Source of the DNA: Macrostomum lignano
Taxonomy: Eukaryota
NCBI GenBank assembly: GCA_002269645.1
Contig: NIVC01000460.1
Location: 525,984-589,983 of the forward strand
Length of the DNA: 64,000 nt
Direction: 5' to 3'
The notes under the pieces are model-generated. The model did not search any database, was not told the DNA's origin, and saw only the letters and a program-made list of their open reading frames with translations. The translations under genes were made by a program, and so were the position numbers. Of the stretch, positions 30,201-43,976 are shown in pieces; the first letter of the stretch is position 1, and every line of letters begins with the position of its first letter.

Positions 30201-33200
30201 AATACCTTATTAATACCAGAATACTTTTCTGTAAACCAACTAATTCGATGCAAGTTTTAGTGAAGAAATGTAACCGTAAATGCAGAAGTAAAGTACTTTG
30301 ATGCTTATTAATGTCCAATGAACGAATTTTTTGTTTACTTTAGAAGGTCCAACGGCATCCCTAGTGGACAGAGAACTAATAATTCTACAGGCCTGCCTAG
30401 CCAAGCTACAGGAGCACCTGAACGAATGGCGTCATTGCTCAAATGAAGCTACAGAAGCTGAGACCGAGCTGCAAGGCCGGACCGCTTTATCGAAGGAGTC
30501 TTCTGAAGTTCTGGTGCGCATCGAACTGCTTTCGTAAGTCGGACGGACCATTTTGATTTGCTGGAATTTATCTTGTTAGGCGTGGCGTGCGTTCTGACAC
30601 CTCCCACCTCTGAAGGCCACTTGTGGTCGGCGTGAGGTGCAAATTTTTGTTGTTCTTGTTAGACTTTTGTAATCACACGTGATTAAAATACATGTAGTCT
30701 AAAGGGACTGCACTTTAATTTCTCTTTTCACAAGCAGACAGCTGCAAGAAGAGTCCCAGTCTAAGTTTGAGGAGCTACAGCGTTCGATGCAGAACTGGAG
30801 ACTGCAGGACGTCAAGTCCAACTTCACGGCCAACCAAGTGCGTCATAAAAGTTTGCACTAGTTGTTAAATGGCAGCATTTATTATTTAATTTCTCTTTTT
30901 AATTAGTCATTATAAAAATTTCCCTACTCCTGTAAACATCGCAGAGAGCACCGCAACCGCTGTTCTACGATATATCTTCGCTCTCAATCATGCACAGCGT
31001 CACAGGAAGACCTGCCGTGTCAACGCGAACTCTTAATGTTCCAGACACATCTGAGACAGACGAGCAATACAATAAAAGATCAGAAGAAAAAGTTACTGCT
31101 GAACTAACGGTGAAAAAATACAATATTGACACTTCGTCTTCGGAATTCCGTGCACTGGTACAGAAGTACGTCGAAGAGAACAAGTCGGATTTCGCAGCGA
31201 TCTTTCGCACCTGGAGTGAGTTCAAGGAGCAAGTGCGTCTGTACGTCGAGGAGCACACGTCAGAGTTCTTGAACGTTTTCACCAAGTGGAGTGGCTTCGA
31301 TGATTATGTTCGAAAATATGTGCAGCAGAACCAAGAAAAGTTCATCACAGTGCCTGCCGTCAAGACTAAGGAGATAGACACTTCATCTTCGGAATTCCGT
31401 GCACTGGTGCAGAAATACGTCGAAAAGAACAAGACCGAGTTTATCGCCTTATTCGTTACCTGGAGTGAGTTCGAAGAACAAGTGCGTCGCTACGTCGAAG
31501 AGAACACATCGAAGTTCTCTAGCATCTTTTTTTCGTGGAGCGGATTCGAAAGAAAAGTCAAGCAGTACGTGGTGAAGAATGAAGAGAAGTTTGCTACGCT
31601 TCTTCCCGTCAAGACCAAAGAGATAGACACTTCGTCTTCGGAATTCCGTGCACTGGTACAGAAGTACGTCGAAGAGAACAAGTCGGATTTCGCAGCGATC
31701 TTTAGCACCTGGAGTGAGTTCAAAGAGCAAGTGCGTCTGTACGTCGAGGAGCACACGTCAGAGTTCTCGAACGTTTTCACCAAGTGGAGTGGCTTCGATG
31801 ATTACGTTCGAAAATATGTGCAGCAGAACAAGAAAAGTTCATCACAGTGCCTGCCGTCAAGACCAAAGAGATAGACACTTCGTCTTCGGAATTCCGTGCA
31901 CTGGTACAGAAGTACGTCGAAGAGCACAAGACCGAGTTTACCGCCATGTTTGTTACTTGGAGTGAGTTCGAGGAGCAAGTGCGTCGCTACGTCGAAGAGA
32001 ACACATCGAAGTTCTCTAGCATCTTCTTTTCGTGGAGTGGATTCGAAAGCAAAGTCAAGCAATACGTGGTGAAGAATGAAGACAAGTTTGCTACGCTTCT
32101 TCCCGTCAAGACCAAAGAGATAGACACTTCGTCTTCGGAATTCCTTGCACTGGTACAGAAGTACGTCGAAGAGAACAAGTCGGATTTCGCAGCGATCTTT
32201 AGCACCTGGAGTGAGTTCAAAGAGCAAGTGCGTCTGTACGTCGAGGAGCACACGTCAGAGTTCTCGAACGTTTTCACCAAGTGGAGTGGCTTCGATGATT
32301 ACGTTCGAAAATATGTGCAGCAGAACGAAGAAAAGTTCATCACTGTGCCTGCCGTCAAGACTAAGGAAATAGACACTTCGTCTTCGGAATTCCGTGCACT
32401 GGTGCAGAAGTACGTCGAAGAGAACAAGTCGGATTTCGCAGCGATCTTTAGCACCTGGAGTGAGTTCAAAGAGCAAGTGCGTCTGTACGTCGAGGAGCAC
32501 ACGTCAGAGTTCTCGAACGTTTTCACCAAGTGGAGTGGCTTCGATGATTACGTTCGAAAATATGTGCAGCAGAACCAAGAAAAGTTCATCACAGTGCCTG
32601 CCGTCAAGACCAAAGAGATAGACACTTCGTCTTCGGAATTCCGTGCACTGGTACAGAAGTACGTCGAAGAGCACAAGACCGAGTTTACCGCCATGTTCGT
32701 TACTTGGAGTGAGTTCGAAGAACAAGTGCGACGCTACGTCGAAGAGAACACATCGAAGTTCTCTAGCATATTTTTTTCGTGGAGTGGATTCGATGAAAAA
32801 GTGCGTTGGTATGTCGAAAGCCATGTGTCTAAGTTTAGTGATATCTTCGTTAATTGGACCGGTTTTGAAGCAAAAGTTCAACAGTACGTGATGCAAAATG
32901 AAGAAAAGTTTAAAATATTGTTTGATGTTAAAAGCACTGAGCCTGATCTTTCATCACCAGAATATCGGGAATTGGTTTTAAAGTACATTCAAGAAAACAT
33001 GTCCGAGCTTTTTATCATTTTTACAACCTGGAGTGGTTTTACGGCTCAAATCCGTCGCTATGTTCAGCAGCACGAAGACGATTTTATTAAGCTGCTAGGC
33101 TGCGTTCGCGAATCAAAAAGTTCAATCCACACAGGCGAATCGCTTAAAATATCGGATACAGTGAAGACGACCGAAAGCAGCGAGTACAAGTCGTTCGGAT

Positions 33201-36200
33201 CTCGAACGGAGACGGCTCCTGTCGGTGTTCAGGGCATTGTATCGGAAGCTACTGGGTCACGCGCCGTTAACATCGGCGGATCGGACGGAGAGATGCTAGA
33301 CTTATCCGGATCGAGAACTAGCCGATATTCCGCCTTCCCAGGAGAGTCGTATGGAACGTCGGATACAGTGAAGACGACCGAAAGCAGCGAGTACAAGTCG
33401 TTCGGATCTCGAACGGAGACGGCTCCTGTCGGTGTTCAGGGCATTGTATCGGAAGCTACTGGGTCACGCGCCGTTAACATCGGCGGATCGGACGGAGAGA
33501 TGCTAGACTTATCCGGATCGAGAACTAGCCGATATTCAGCCTTCCCAGGAGAGTCGTATGGAACGTCGGATACAGTGAAGACGACCGAAAGCAGCGAGTA
33601 CAAGTCGTTCGGATCTCGAACGGAGACGGCTCCTGTCGGTGTTCAGGGCATTGTATCGGGAGCTACTGGATCACGCGCCGTTAACATCGGCGGATCGGAC
33701 GGAGAGATGCTAGACTTATCCGGATCGAGAACTAGCCGATATTCAGCCTTCCCAGGAGAGTCATATGAAACGTCGGATACAGTGAAGACGACCGAAAGCT
33801 ACGAGTACAAGTCGTTCGGATCTCGAACGGAGACGGCTCCTGTCGGTGTTCAGGGCATTGTATCGGAAGCTACTGGGTCACGCGCCGTTAACATCGGCGG
33901 ATCGGACGGAGAGATGCTAGACTTATCCGGATCGAGAACTAGCCGATATTCAGCCTTCCCAGGAGAGTCGTATGGAATATCGGATACAGTGAAGACGACC
34001 GAAAGCAGCGAGTACAAGTCGTTCGGATCTCGAACGGAGACGGCTCCTGTCGGTGTTCAGGGCATTGTATCGGAGCTACTGGGTCACGCGCCGTTAACAT
34101 CGGCGGATCGGACGGAGAGATGCTAGACTTATCCGGATCGAGAACTAGCCGATATTCAGCCTTCCCAGGAGAGTCGTATGGAACGTCGGATACAGTGAAG
34201 ACGACCGAAAGCAGCGAGTACAAGTCGTTCGGATCTCGAACGGAGACGGCTCCTGTCGGTGTTCAGGGCATTGTATCGGGAGCTACTGGGTCACGCGCCG
34301 TTAACATCGGCGGATCGGACGGAGAGATGCTAGACTTATCCGGATCGAGAACTAGTCGATATTCAGCCTTCCCAGGAGAGTCATATGAAACGTCGGATAC
34401 AGTGAAGACGACCGAAAGCAGCGAGTACAAGTCGTTCGGATCTCGAACGGAGACGGCTCCTGTCGGTGTTCAGGGCATTGTATCGGAAGCTACTGGGTCA
34501 CGCGCCGTTAACATCGGCGGATCGGACGGAGAGATGCTAGACTTATCCGGATCGAGAACTAGCCGATATTCAGCCTTCCCAGGAGAGTCGTATGGAATAT
34601 CGGATACAGTGAAGACGACCGAAAGCAGCGAGTACATGTCGTTCGGATCTCGAACGGAGACGGCTCCTGTCGGTGTTCAGGGCATTGTATCGGGAGCTAC
34701 TGGATCACGCGCCGTTAACATCGGCGGATCGGACGGAGAGATGCTAGACTTATCCGGATCGAGAACTAGCCGATATTCAGCCTTCCCAGGAGAGTCATAT
34801 GAAACGTCGGATACAGTGAAGACGACCGAAAGCAGCGAGTACATGTCGTTCGGATCTCGAACGGAGACGGCTCCTGTCGGTGTTCAGGGCATTGTATCGG
34901 GAGCTACTGGGTCACGCGCCGTTAACATCGGCGGATCGGACGGAGAGATGCTAGACTTATCCGGATCGAGAACTAGCCGATATTCAGCCTTCCCAGGAGA
35001 GTCGTATGGAACGTCGGATACAGTGAAGACGACCGAAAGCAGCGAGTACAAGTCGTTCGGATCTCGAACGGAGACGGCTCCTGTCGGTGTTCAGGGCATT
35101 GTATCGGGAGCTACTGGGTCACGCGCCGTTAACATCGGCGGATCGGACGGAGAGATGCTAGACTTATCCGGATCGAGAACTAGTCGATATTCAGCCTTCC
35201 CAGGAGAGTCATATGAAACGTCGGATACAGTGAAGACGACCGAAAGCAGCGAGTACAAGTCGTTCGGATCTCGAACGGAGACGGCTCCTGTCGGTGTTCA
35301 GGGCATTGTATCGGAAGCTACTGGGTCACGCGCCGTTAACATCGGCGGATCGGACGGAGAGATGCTAGACTTATCCGGATCGAGAACTAGCCGATATTCA
35401 GCCTTCCCAGGAGAGTCGTATGGAATATCGGATACAGTGAAGACGACCGAAAGCAGCGAGTACATGTCGTTCGGATCTCGAACGGAGACGGCTCCTGTCG
35501 GTGTTCAGGGCATTGTATCGGAAGCTACTGGATCACGCGCCGTTAACATCGGCGGATCGGACGGAGAGATGCTAGACTTATCCGGATCGAGAACTAGCCG
35601 ATATTCAGCCTTCCCAGGAGAGTCGTATGGAACGTCGGATACAGTGAAGACGACCGAAAGCTACGAGTACAAGTCGTTCGGATCTCGAACGGAGACGGCT
35701 CCTGTCGGTGTTCAGGGCATTGTATCGGGAGCTACTGGGTCACGCGCCGTTAACATCGGCGGATCGGATGGAGAGATGCTAGACCTATCCGGATCAAGAA
35801 CTAGCCGATATTCGCCTTCCCAGGAGAGTCGTATGGAACGTCGGATACAGTGAAGACGACCGAAAGCAGCGAGTACAAGTCGTTCGGATCTCGAACGGAG
35901 ACGGCTCCTGTCGGTGTTCAGGGCATTGTATCGGAAGCTACTGGGTCACGCGCCGTTAACATCGGCGGATCGGACGGAGAGATGCTAGACTTATCCGGAT
36001 CGAGAACTAGCCGATATTCAGCCTTCCCAGGAGAGTCGTATGGAACGTCGGATACAGTGAAGACGACCGAAAGCAGCGAGTACAAGTCGTTCGGATCTCG
36101 AACGGAGACGGCTCCTGTCGGTGTTCAGGGCATTGTATCGGAAGCTACTGGGTCACGCGCCGTTAACATCGGCGGATCGGACGGAGAGATGCTAGACTTA

Positions 36201-38206
36201 TCCGGATCGAGAACTAGCCGATATTCGCCTTCCCAGGAGAGTCGTATGGAACGTCGGATACAGTGAAGACGACCGAAAGCAGCGAGTACAAGTCGTTCGG
36301 ATCTCGAACGGAGACGGCTCCTGTCGGTGTTCAGGGCATTGTATCGGAAGCTACTGGGTCACGCGCCGTTAACATCGGCGGATCGGACGGAGAGATTCTA
36401 AACTTATTCGGATCGAGAACTAGCCGATATTCAGCCTTCCCAGGAGAGTCGTATGGAATATCGGATACAGTGAAGACGACCGAAAGCAGCGAGTACATGT
36501 CGTTCGGATCTCGAACGGAGACGGCTCCTGTCGGTGTTCAGGGCATTGTATCGGAAGCTACTGGGTCACGCGCCGTTAACATCGGCGGATCGGACGGAGA
36601 GATTCTAAACTTATTCGGATCGAGAACTAGCCGATATTCAGCCTTCCCAGGAGAGTCGTATGGAATATCGGATACAGTGAAGACGACCGAAAGCAGCGAG
36701 TACAAGTCGTTCGGATCTCGAACGGAGACGGCTCCTGTCGGTGTTCAGGGCATTGTATCGGAAGCTACTGGGTCACGCGCCGTTAACATCGGCGGATCGG
36801 ACGGAGAGATGCTAGACTTATCCGGATCGAGAACTAGTCGATATTCAGCCTTCCCAGGAGAGTCGTATGGAATATCGGATACAGTGAAGACGACCGAAAG
36901 CAGCGAGTACAAGTCGTTCGGATCTCGAACGGAGACGGCTCCTGTCGGTGTTCAGGGCATTGTATCGGAAGCTACTGGGTCACGCGCCGTTAACATCGGC
37001 GGATCGGACGGAGAGATGCTAGACTTATCCGGATCGAGAACTAGCCGATATTCAGCCTTCCCAGGAGAGTCGTATGGAACGTCGGATACAGTGAAGACGA
37101 CCGAAAGCAGCGAGTACAAGTCGTTCGGATCTCGAACGGAGACGGCTCCTGTCGGTGTTCAGGGCATTGTATCGGAAGCTACTGGGTCACGCGCCGTTAA
37201 CATCGGCGGATCGGACGGAGAGATGCTAGACTTATCCGGATCGAGAACTAGCCGATATTCGGCCTTCCCAGGAGAGTCGTATGGAACGTCGGATACAGTG
37301 AAGACGACCGAAAGCAGCGAGTACAAGTCGTTCGGATCTCGAACGGAGACGGCTCCTGTCGGTGTTCAGGGCATTGTATCGGAAGCTACTGGGTCACGCG
37401 CCGTTAACATCGGCGGATCGGACGGAGAGATTCTAAACTTATTCGGATCGAGAACTAGCCGATATTCAGCCTTCCCAGGAGAGTCGTATGGAATATCGGA
37501 TACAGTGAAGACGACCGAAAGCAGCGAGTACATGTCGTTCGGATCTCGAACGGAGACGGCTCCTGTCGGTGTTCAGGGCATTGTATCGGAAGCTACTGGG
37601 TCACGCGCCGTTAACATCGGCGGATCGGACGGAGAGATTCTAAACTTATTCGGATCGAGAACTAGCCGATATTCAGCCTTCCCAGGAGAGTCGTATGGAA
37701 TATCGGATACAGTGAAGACGACCGAAAGCAGCGAGTACAAGTCGTTCGGATCTCGAACGGAGACGGCTCCTGTCGGTGTTCAGGGCATTGTATCGGAAGC
37801 TACTGGGTCACGCGCCGTTAACATCGGCGGATCGGACGGAGAGATTCTAAACTTATTCGGATCGAGAACTAGCCGATATTCAGCCTTCCCAGGAGAGTCG
37901 TATGGAATATCGGATACAGTGAAGACGACCGAAAGCAGCGAGTACAAGTCGTTCGGATCTCGAACGGAGACGGCTCCTGTCGGTGTTCAGGGCATTGTAT
38001 CGGAAGCTACTGGGTCACGCGCCGTTAACATCGGCGGATCGGACGGAGAGATGCTAGACTTATCCGGATCGAGAACTAGCCGATATTCAGCCTTCCCAGG
38101 AGAGTCGTTTGGAACATCAGGTGCCGTCACCCACTTCAGTGAAAGTGACAGTGCTAGTCCTCTATTCTCATTCACGGGTGGCCGCATGCGAAATATTGTA
38201 GACTAG
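27290..38206 (+). CDS. Plakin-domain protein with giant repeat tail, copy B (about 2900 aa). Exons 27290-27682 (probable ATG 27311), 28166-28390, 28475-28621, 29010-29164, 29328-29436, 30041(or 30034)-30182, 30344-30533, 30738-30837, 30945-38206
   Basis: AG/GT boundaries with compatible phases, and the same exon structure as copy C. GTWSWVSQL..LHTRNAADYQTFHH resembles the plakin QWSWLLQL..H..Y.QFF motif. The last exon needs four single-base restorations (about 31829, 34074, 35814, 36227) to be one ORF (7262+4=7266 nt, divisible by 3). Confidence 0.75.
29010..29164 (+). CDS. Plakin-type SH3 domain exon (copy B)
   Basis: TVLEPGEQVTVIDNSQSYTWTVRRSDGSEVEVPSTCIWLPPADPQAVQLA matches the plakin SH3 pattern GE.C.L.DNS...W.V....G.E..VPSVCF..PPP..EA (recalled). 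Confidence 0.85.
31128..33110 (+). repeat. Coding repeat I of copy B: eight 249-bp (83-aa) Trp/Phe-rich helical units built of 25-aa subunits
   Basis: DTSSSEFRAL starts at 31128, 31377, 31626, 31874, 32123, 32372, 32621 and about 32945; two variants in the order A-B-A-B-A-A-B'-C. Confidence 0.9.
33152..38115 (+). repeat. Coding repeat II of copy B: 24 x 207-bp (69-aa) Ser/Gly/Thr-rich units
   Basis: Unit SDTVKTTESSEYKSFGSRTETAPVGVQGIVSEATGSRAVNIGGSDGEMLDLSGSRTSRYSAFPGESYGT; period 33152 to 33359 = 207. Confidence 0.93.
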
Positions 38207-40684
38207 ATTTCTTTACCTGAGCTGGAAATTCTCAGGTAGGAAAGAAGCTGAGCGAAAAGTTAAAGAATTTTGGAACCTGCGCTCACTAACGTAAATTGTT
38301 TGGAGGAAATGGCTTTTTAGCTTTTTAGTACTTTTTTTGTAACAGTTGTATTACATTTTTTCATATCGCCCTTCATTTTTTAGCGGAAAAACGTTGCGTT
38401 GTTTTAATTTCACCAGCGAATTCTTTACTAGCGAAAGTGTCTCCAAAGTAACCATAGTGTTTGTATGGAATGTGTTTTAATTTTCCCTTGGAAGTTTTTA
38501 GCCATTGTTATTGTTGGTTTCTTGAGTCCTACTGGTAGGCCTTAAGCAAATTTTCAATCACAATACCGTAGAAACATAACAATTAGATAGTTCACTCTGG
38601 TGCATTTTTGCTCTACATCTCAGGCTGGAATTGAAAAAGCAGAGAAGTTGCCAAAACTTCAGTTAGTGAGCTTTAGAGAGCAGTATATTGTATTGTCCAA
38701 GTCAATATCGTACTTGCAGATAGGAAAAGTATTAATGGCTGCTACTGAATCTGTGGTGAGTGGACTATCTAGTGTTTAAATTACTCGTAGTACCTTTATC
38801 CTTATCCAAATTTGAAATTAATTTGTGTTAATACATGCATTGCACGTCGCGTGTTATATTTTATGCTTAGAAAAGTAACCCCACACCAAGACCATTTTTT
38901 CCATCTAACAACATCAATATTTATTTTTTAGCGCCTTAGTAGAGTTTCCAATAAAAATATATACTTTACTCTCTCGATGACTAGGTTGACTAGATGCTTT
39001 ACGCTACATTAACACAGCATTGATTGATTCCGCACCGCTCACCACTCAAGTACTCGTAGAAGTAAAAAGCTCATTAGCGAATTAAGGAATTTTCCTGTTC
39101 CTAGCAGCAGCAAATTTTACTTGAGCCATCTCTGGCTTGCGTTATATCATGATAGAACATTCACAACGATATGATTATGTGCCGTCGTGCCGAGATCTCC
39201 CACAAAAAAGACCGAAGACTTCGTGACCTATGCCGCTGAGAAAACTTCACAACAAGCGATTTTTCCCGCACCCTTGCAGCAAGAACCCATGTTCTATCTA
39301 ACTATCTATCTATTGTATATACGCTAGTATAAACGTCTGTATTAACGTTTGAAGTTTGAGAAGACCCACTCGTACTCTCATCTGAAGTTAAACAAGAAAA
39401 ATCAGGAGGACTGTCGCAGCCGTCACGAAAAAAAGTACTAAACCGATATTTCCACTGTGGACTGGCCTTCGTCAGGGCTGCCAGCATATTCAACAAAATG
39501 CAATGAAAACATATGGTCATTGAGGACTAAAAATATGCATTGAGAGTTAATTTATACCCGGTAAAGTTGTGGTGACCCCGTCGCACGCTGCTCCATTGCT
39601 CACTCTATTGATAAAGATTTAATCAATGCCATCAGTGAGGCTAGGCAGTTTAGAGGGCAGAGAATGTCCTTTAGAGAGCGTGTTCGAGTGTACGCAGCAG
39701 CAGTTGCCCTTGTATATGGTTTCAGACAACAGCGCGAATTTCGTGTACAATGTTTGTAGACCTGGGGACAGTGCTATGAAGCTCGGATTAGGAGTCAAGT
39801 GTCTCCTAACTCTTGATGCAGCAGCGCGTGCTAAGAAGAAGGAGCAAAGTCTGGGAGTTAGAAGTGAATGAGGCCATGTTAGGGGTGAACTTAAAAAAGT
39901 GAGCGTATTATAAAACTAGGACTAAATATTCCACTCCTAACTGCTAAGCCAAGCGTTCAAGAGCCAAGATCAATCAAGAATAAGTCGTAGAGCATAAGAG
40001 ACTGCACAAGACTGCAAATCAACTTAGACTTGATTTAGATTGCGTAACCATATTGTTAATTGCTATGACTTCTTCTCTAGAGGAAGACAGTAAGACAAGA
40101 TCAACAATGGTGGATTGTATATAGTAGGTAACCTCGTGAAATAATGGCCAAACGCGAGTGCGCTAACGCACAGCGATGGTTCAATGAAAAAATTTTTAGC
40201 GGTCATTTCAGCCTATTTGAGTTTCGCGCGGCCATTGTTTCAGGCTAGCGAGGGCGGCCATTATTCAGCCCAACTGAAGGGACAGGGTTGATTTGACCAT
40301 AGACTATAAGAAACAGTATAGACTTGAACCAAGTGGGGTTCGGAACTTTGCATAAATGATCACGAATTCAGACTTTTAGTTGAAGTTTGGTCCCTAAAGC
40401 TTTCTGCTTTTTAACAGTTATTTTTATTTTTTATTATGGTGCTTTTTGCCTGGTCCAATCTTCCATTGGACAGCCTAGACGAAGTGAGTAGCAAAGAATT
40501 AGAGTTTCTTTCTGAGATAAGTTTAAACGAGCATCAAAATGACACCGGCTTGAGCGAGTTCATCAACTGGATTGAAAATCCTGCGGCTGAGTCTGCAGAC
40601 CTGCCCGAGCTGCCTATCGACGAAGATGCAATCTGCTCAATATTGCCCTTGTAGTACCTCAGTAGTACCTCAGGTACTGCTTCT

Positions 40685-42432
40685 GTCGTGCAGGCAGTTG
40701 TCGTGCAGGCAGTTGTGCAGTCAGTTGTCGTGCAGGCAGTTGTGCAGTCAGTTGTCGTGCAGGCAGTTGTCGTGTTGTCGTGCAGGCAGTTGTCGTGTTG
40801 TCGTGCAGGCAGTTGTCGTGTTGTCGTGCAGGCAGTTGTCGTGTTGTCGTGCAGGCAGTTGTCGTGCAGGCAGTTGTCGTGTTGTCGTGCAGGCAGTTGT
40901 CGTGCAGGCAGTTGTCGTGCAGGCAGTTGTCGTGTTGTCGTGCAGGCAGTTGTCGTGCAGGCAGTTGTCGTGCAGGCAGTTGTCGTGCAGGCAGTTGTCG
41001 TGCAGGCAGTTGTCGTGTTGTCGTGCAGGCAGTTGTCGTGCAGGCAGTTGTCGTGTTGTCGTGCAGGCAGTTGTCGTGCAGGCAGTTGTCGTGTTGTCGT
41101 GCAGGCAGTTGTCGTGCAGGCAGTTGTCGTGCAGGCAGTTGTGCAGTAAGTTGTCGTGCAGGCAGTTGTCGTGTTGTCGTGCAGGCAGTTGTCGTGTTGT
41201 CGTGCAGGCAGTTGTCGTGTTGTCGTGCAGGCAGTTGTCGTGTTGTCGTGCAGGCAGTTGTCGTGCAGGCAGTTGTCGTGCAGGCAGTTGTCGTGTTGTC
41301 GTGCAGGCAGTTGTCGTGCAGGCAGTTGTCGTGTTGTCGTGCAGGCAGTTGTCGTGCAGGCAGTTGTCGTGTTGTCGTGCAGGCAGTTGTCGTGCAGGCA
41401 GTTGTCGTGCAGGCAGTTGTCGTGCAGGCAGTTGTCGTGCAGGCAGTTGTCGTGTTGTCGTGCAGGCAGTTGTTGTGCAGGCAGTTGTCGTGCAGGCAGT
41501 TGTCGTGCAGACAGTTGTCGTGCAGGCAGTTGTGTTGTCGTGCAGGCAGTTGTGTTGTCGTGCAGGCAGTTGTCGTGCAGGCAGTTGTCGTGTTGTCGTG
41601 CAGGCAGTTGTCGTGTTGTCGTGCAGGCAGTTGTCGTGTTGTCGTGCAGGCAGTTGTCGTGTTGTCGTGCAGGCAGTTGTCGTGCAGGCAGTTGTCGTGT
41701 TGTCGTGCAGGCAGTTGTCGTGCAGGCAGTTGTCGTGCAGGCAGTTGTCGTGTTGTCGTGCAGGCAGTTGTCGTGCAGGCAGTTGTCGTGTTGTCGTGCA
41801 GGCAGTTGTCGTGCAGGCAGTTGTCGTGCAGGCAGTTGTGCAGTCAGTTGTCGTGCAGGCAGTTGTCGTGTTGTCGTGCAGGCAGTTGTCGTGTTGTCGT
41901 GCAGGCAGTTGTCGTGTTGTCGTGCAGGCAGTTGTCGTGTTGTCGTGCAGGCAGTTGTCGTGTTGTCGTGCAGGCAGTTGTCGTGTTGTCGTGCAGGCAG
42001 TTGTCGTGCAGGCAGTTGTCGTGTTGTCGTGCAGGCAGTTGTCGTGCAGGCAGTTGTCGTGTTGTCGTGCAGGCAGTTGTCGTGTTGTCGTGCAGGCAGT
42101 TGTCGTGTTGTCGTGCAGGCAGTTGTCGTGTTGTCGTGCAGGCAGTTGTCGTGTTGTCGTGCAGGCAGTTGTCGTGTTGTCGTGCAGGCAGTTGTCGTGC
42201 AGGCAGTTGTCGTGTTGTCGTGCAGGCAGTTGTCGTGTTGTCGTGCAGGCAGTTGTCGTGTTGTCGTGCAGGCAGTTGTCGTGCAGACAGTTGTCGTGCA
42301 GGCAGTTGTCGTGCAGGCAGTTGTCGTGCAGGCAGTTGTCGTGCAGGCAGTTGTCGTGCAGGCAGTTGTCGTGCAGGCAGTTGTCGTGCAGACAGTTGTC
42401 GTGCAGGCAGTTGTCGTGCAGGCAGTTGTCGT
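40685..42432. repeat. Intergenic minisatellite of 15-bp GTCGTGCAGGCAGTT units irregularly interspersed with 8-bp GTCGTGTT
   Basis: Direct inspection; produces the CRAGS/VVQAV ORFs in all three + frames. Confidence 0.95.
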
Positions 42433-43253
42433 AGAAGTAGAACTATCTAAATTTGGGGGATCTGGAACGAGGTTGCTCTGAAAAAAACTTCCGCCCCCCC
42501 CCGAAGACAGGTGGCCTAATCTAAGGAAAAATCCTCCTGACTACACATTAGCATACCCGTGTCCGTCCCAAAAATTTAAACGAGAGAGAGAGAGAGAGAA
42601 GGCTGTGACAAAAAATAAATGGGTAAGCTTCACAAACGTCCTCCAGCACAATGTCTGGCAAAATTGCGCAGGTCTTGCACGGCAGCAAGGCACAAGAAAG
42701 GTTAGGAAGCGGGTGGTGACTGGTTCTGTGCAAAGTTCGAGGCATTTTGTCTCCTTCTTTCTTCCTTACTTTTTGCTAGCATAACAATAGCTTATAGCTA
42801 AAAACCTAAAGAACTGTGGAGTGTGGAGGCAGGACAAGGTTAGGTTGTGAGCTCCGAGTTGCCGCACCGAACTCCGCTCGCACCAGCAAAATCTTAGACG
42901 GCTGAGACTGCTAGACGTTCTATCGTTCAGAGGAGACCAGCCGCCAGAGGAGACACAAGTCTGGCAGCTTGGGGGGGGGGGGGGGTTGGCAGAGGAGACT
43001 TCCAGTCCGCTTTGTCTGAGTCGGGTTGGTTCAGTGCAGCCCACGCCATTGTGCGTAGCTTCTGTCTCGCCTAGCCATACACTTTTAAGGCTGCATGCGT
43101 AACAAGAAGCTTCTAGAAGCAGCTCTTCGGCTGTCTGCCGAGTTTCTCTCTGGTTTGGACTGAGCAGTTAACGCCTAAACTTCTTGTCGGTCACTCGGTA
43201 CATTCGAAACTCGACTGGCTGCTCAGCTTGCTGTTTATTCGTGCTGAAAACGG

Positions 43254-43976
<723 letters not shown>

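Noticed and set aside
31449-32896. Minus-strand ORFs over the Trp repeats
   Set aside because: Antisense shadows of the + strand coding repeats
31829-36227. Programmed ribosomal frameshifting in the giant exons
   Set aside because: No slippery heptamers at the sites; identical neighbouring units lack the deletions; the sites coincide with inter-unit polymorphisms, favouring assembly error
40436-40654. Acidic 72-aa ORF ([11 protein letters not shown]...)
   Set aside because: Protein-like, but has no recognisable homology, ATG context or splice partners; possibly a TE relic, unsupported
40572-42481. Cys-rich 440-620-aa ORFs (CRAGS/VVQAV/LSCRQ)
   Set aside because: Open in all three + frames because the 15/8-bp monomers lack stops; frame-shifting 8-mers are scattered freely, so there is no coding constraint
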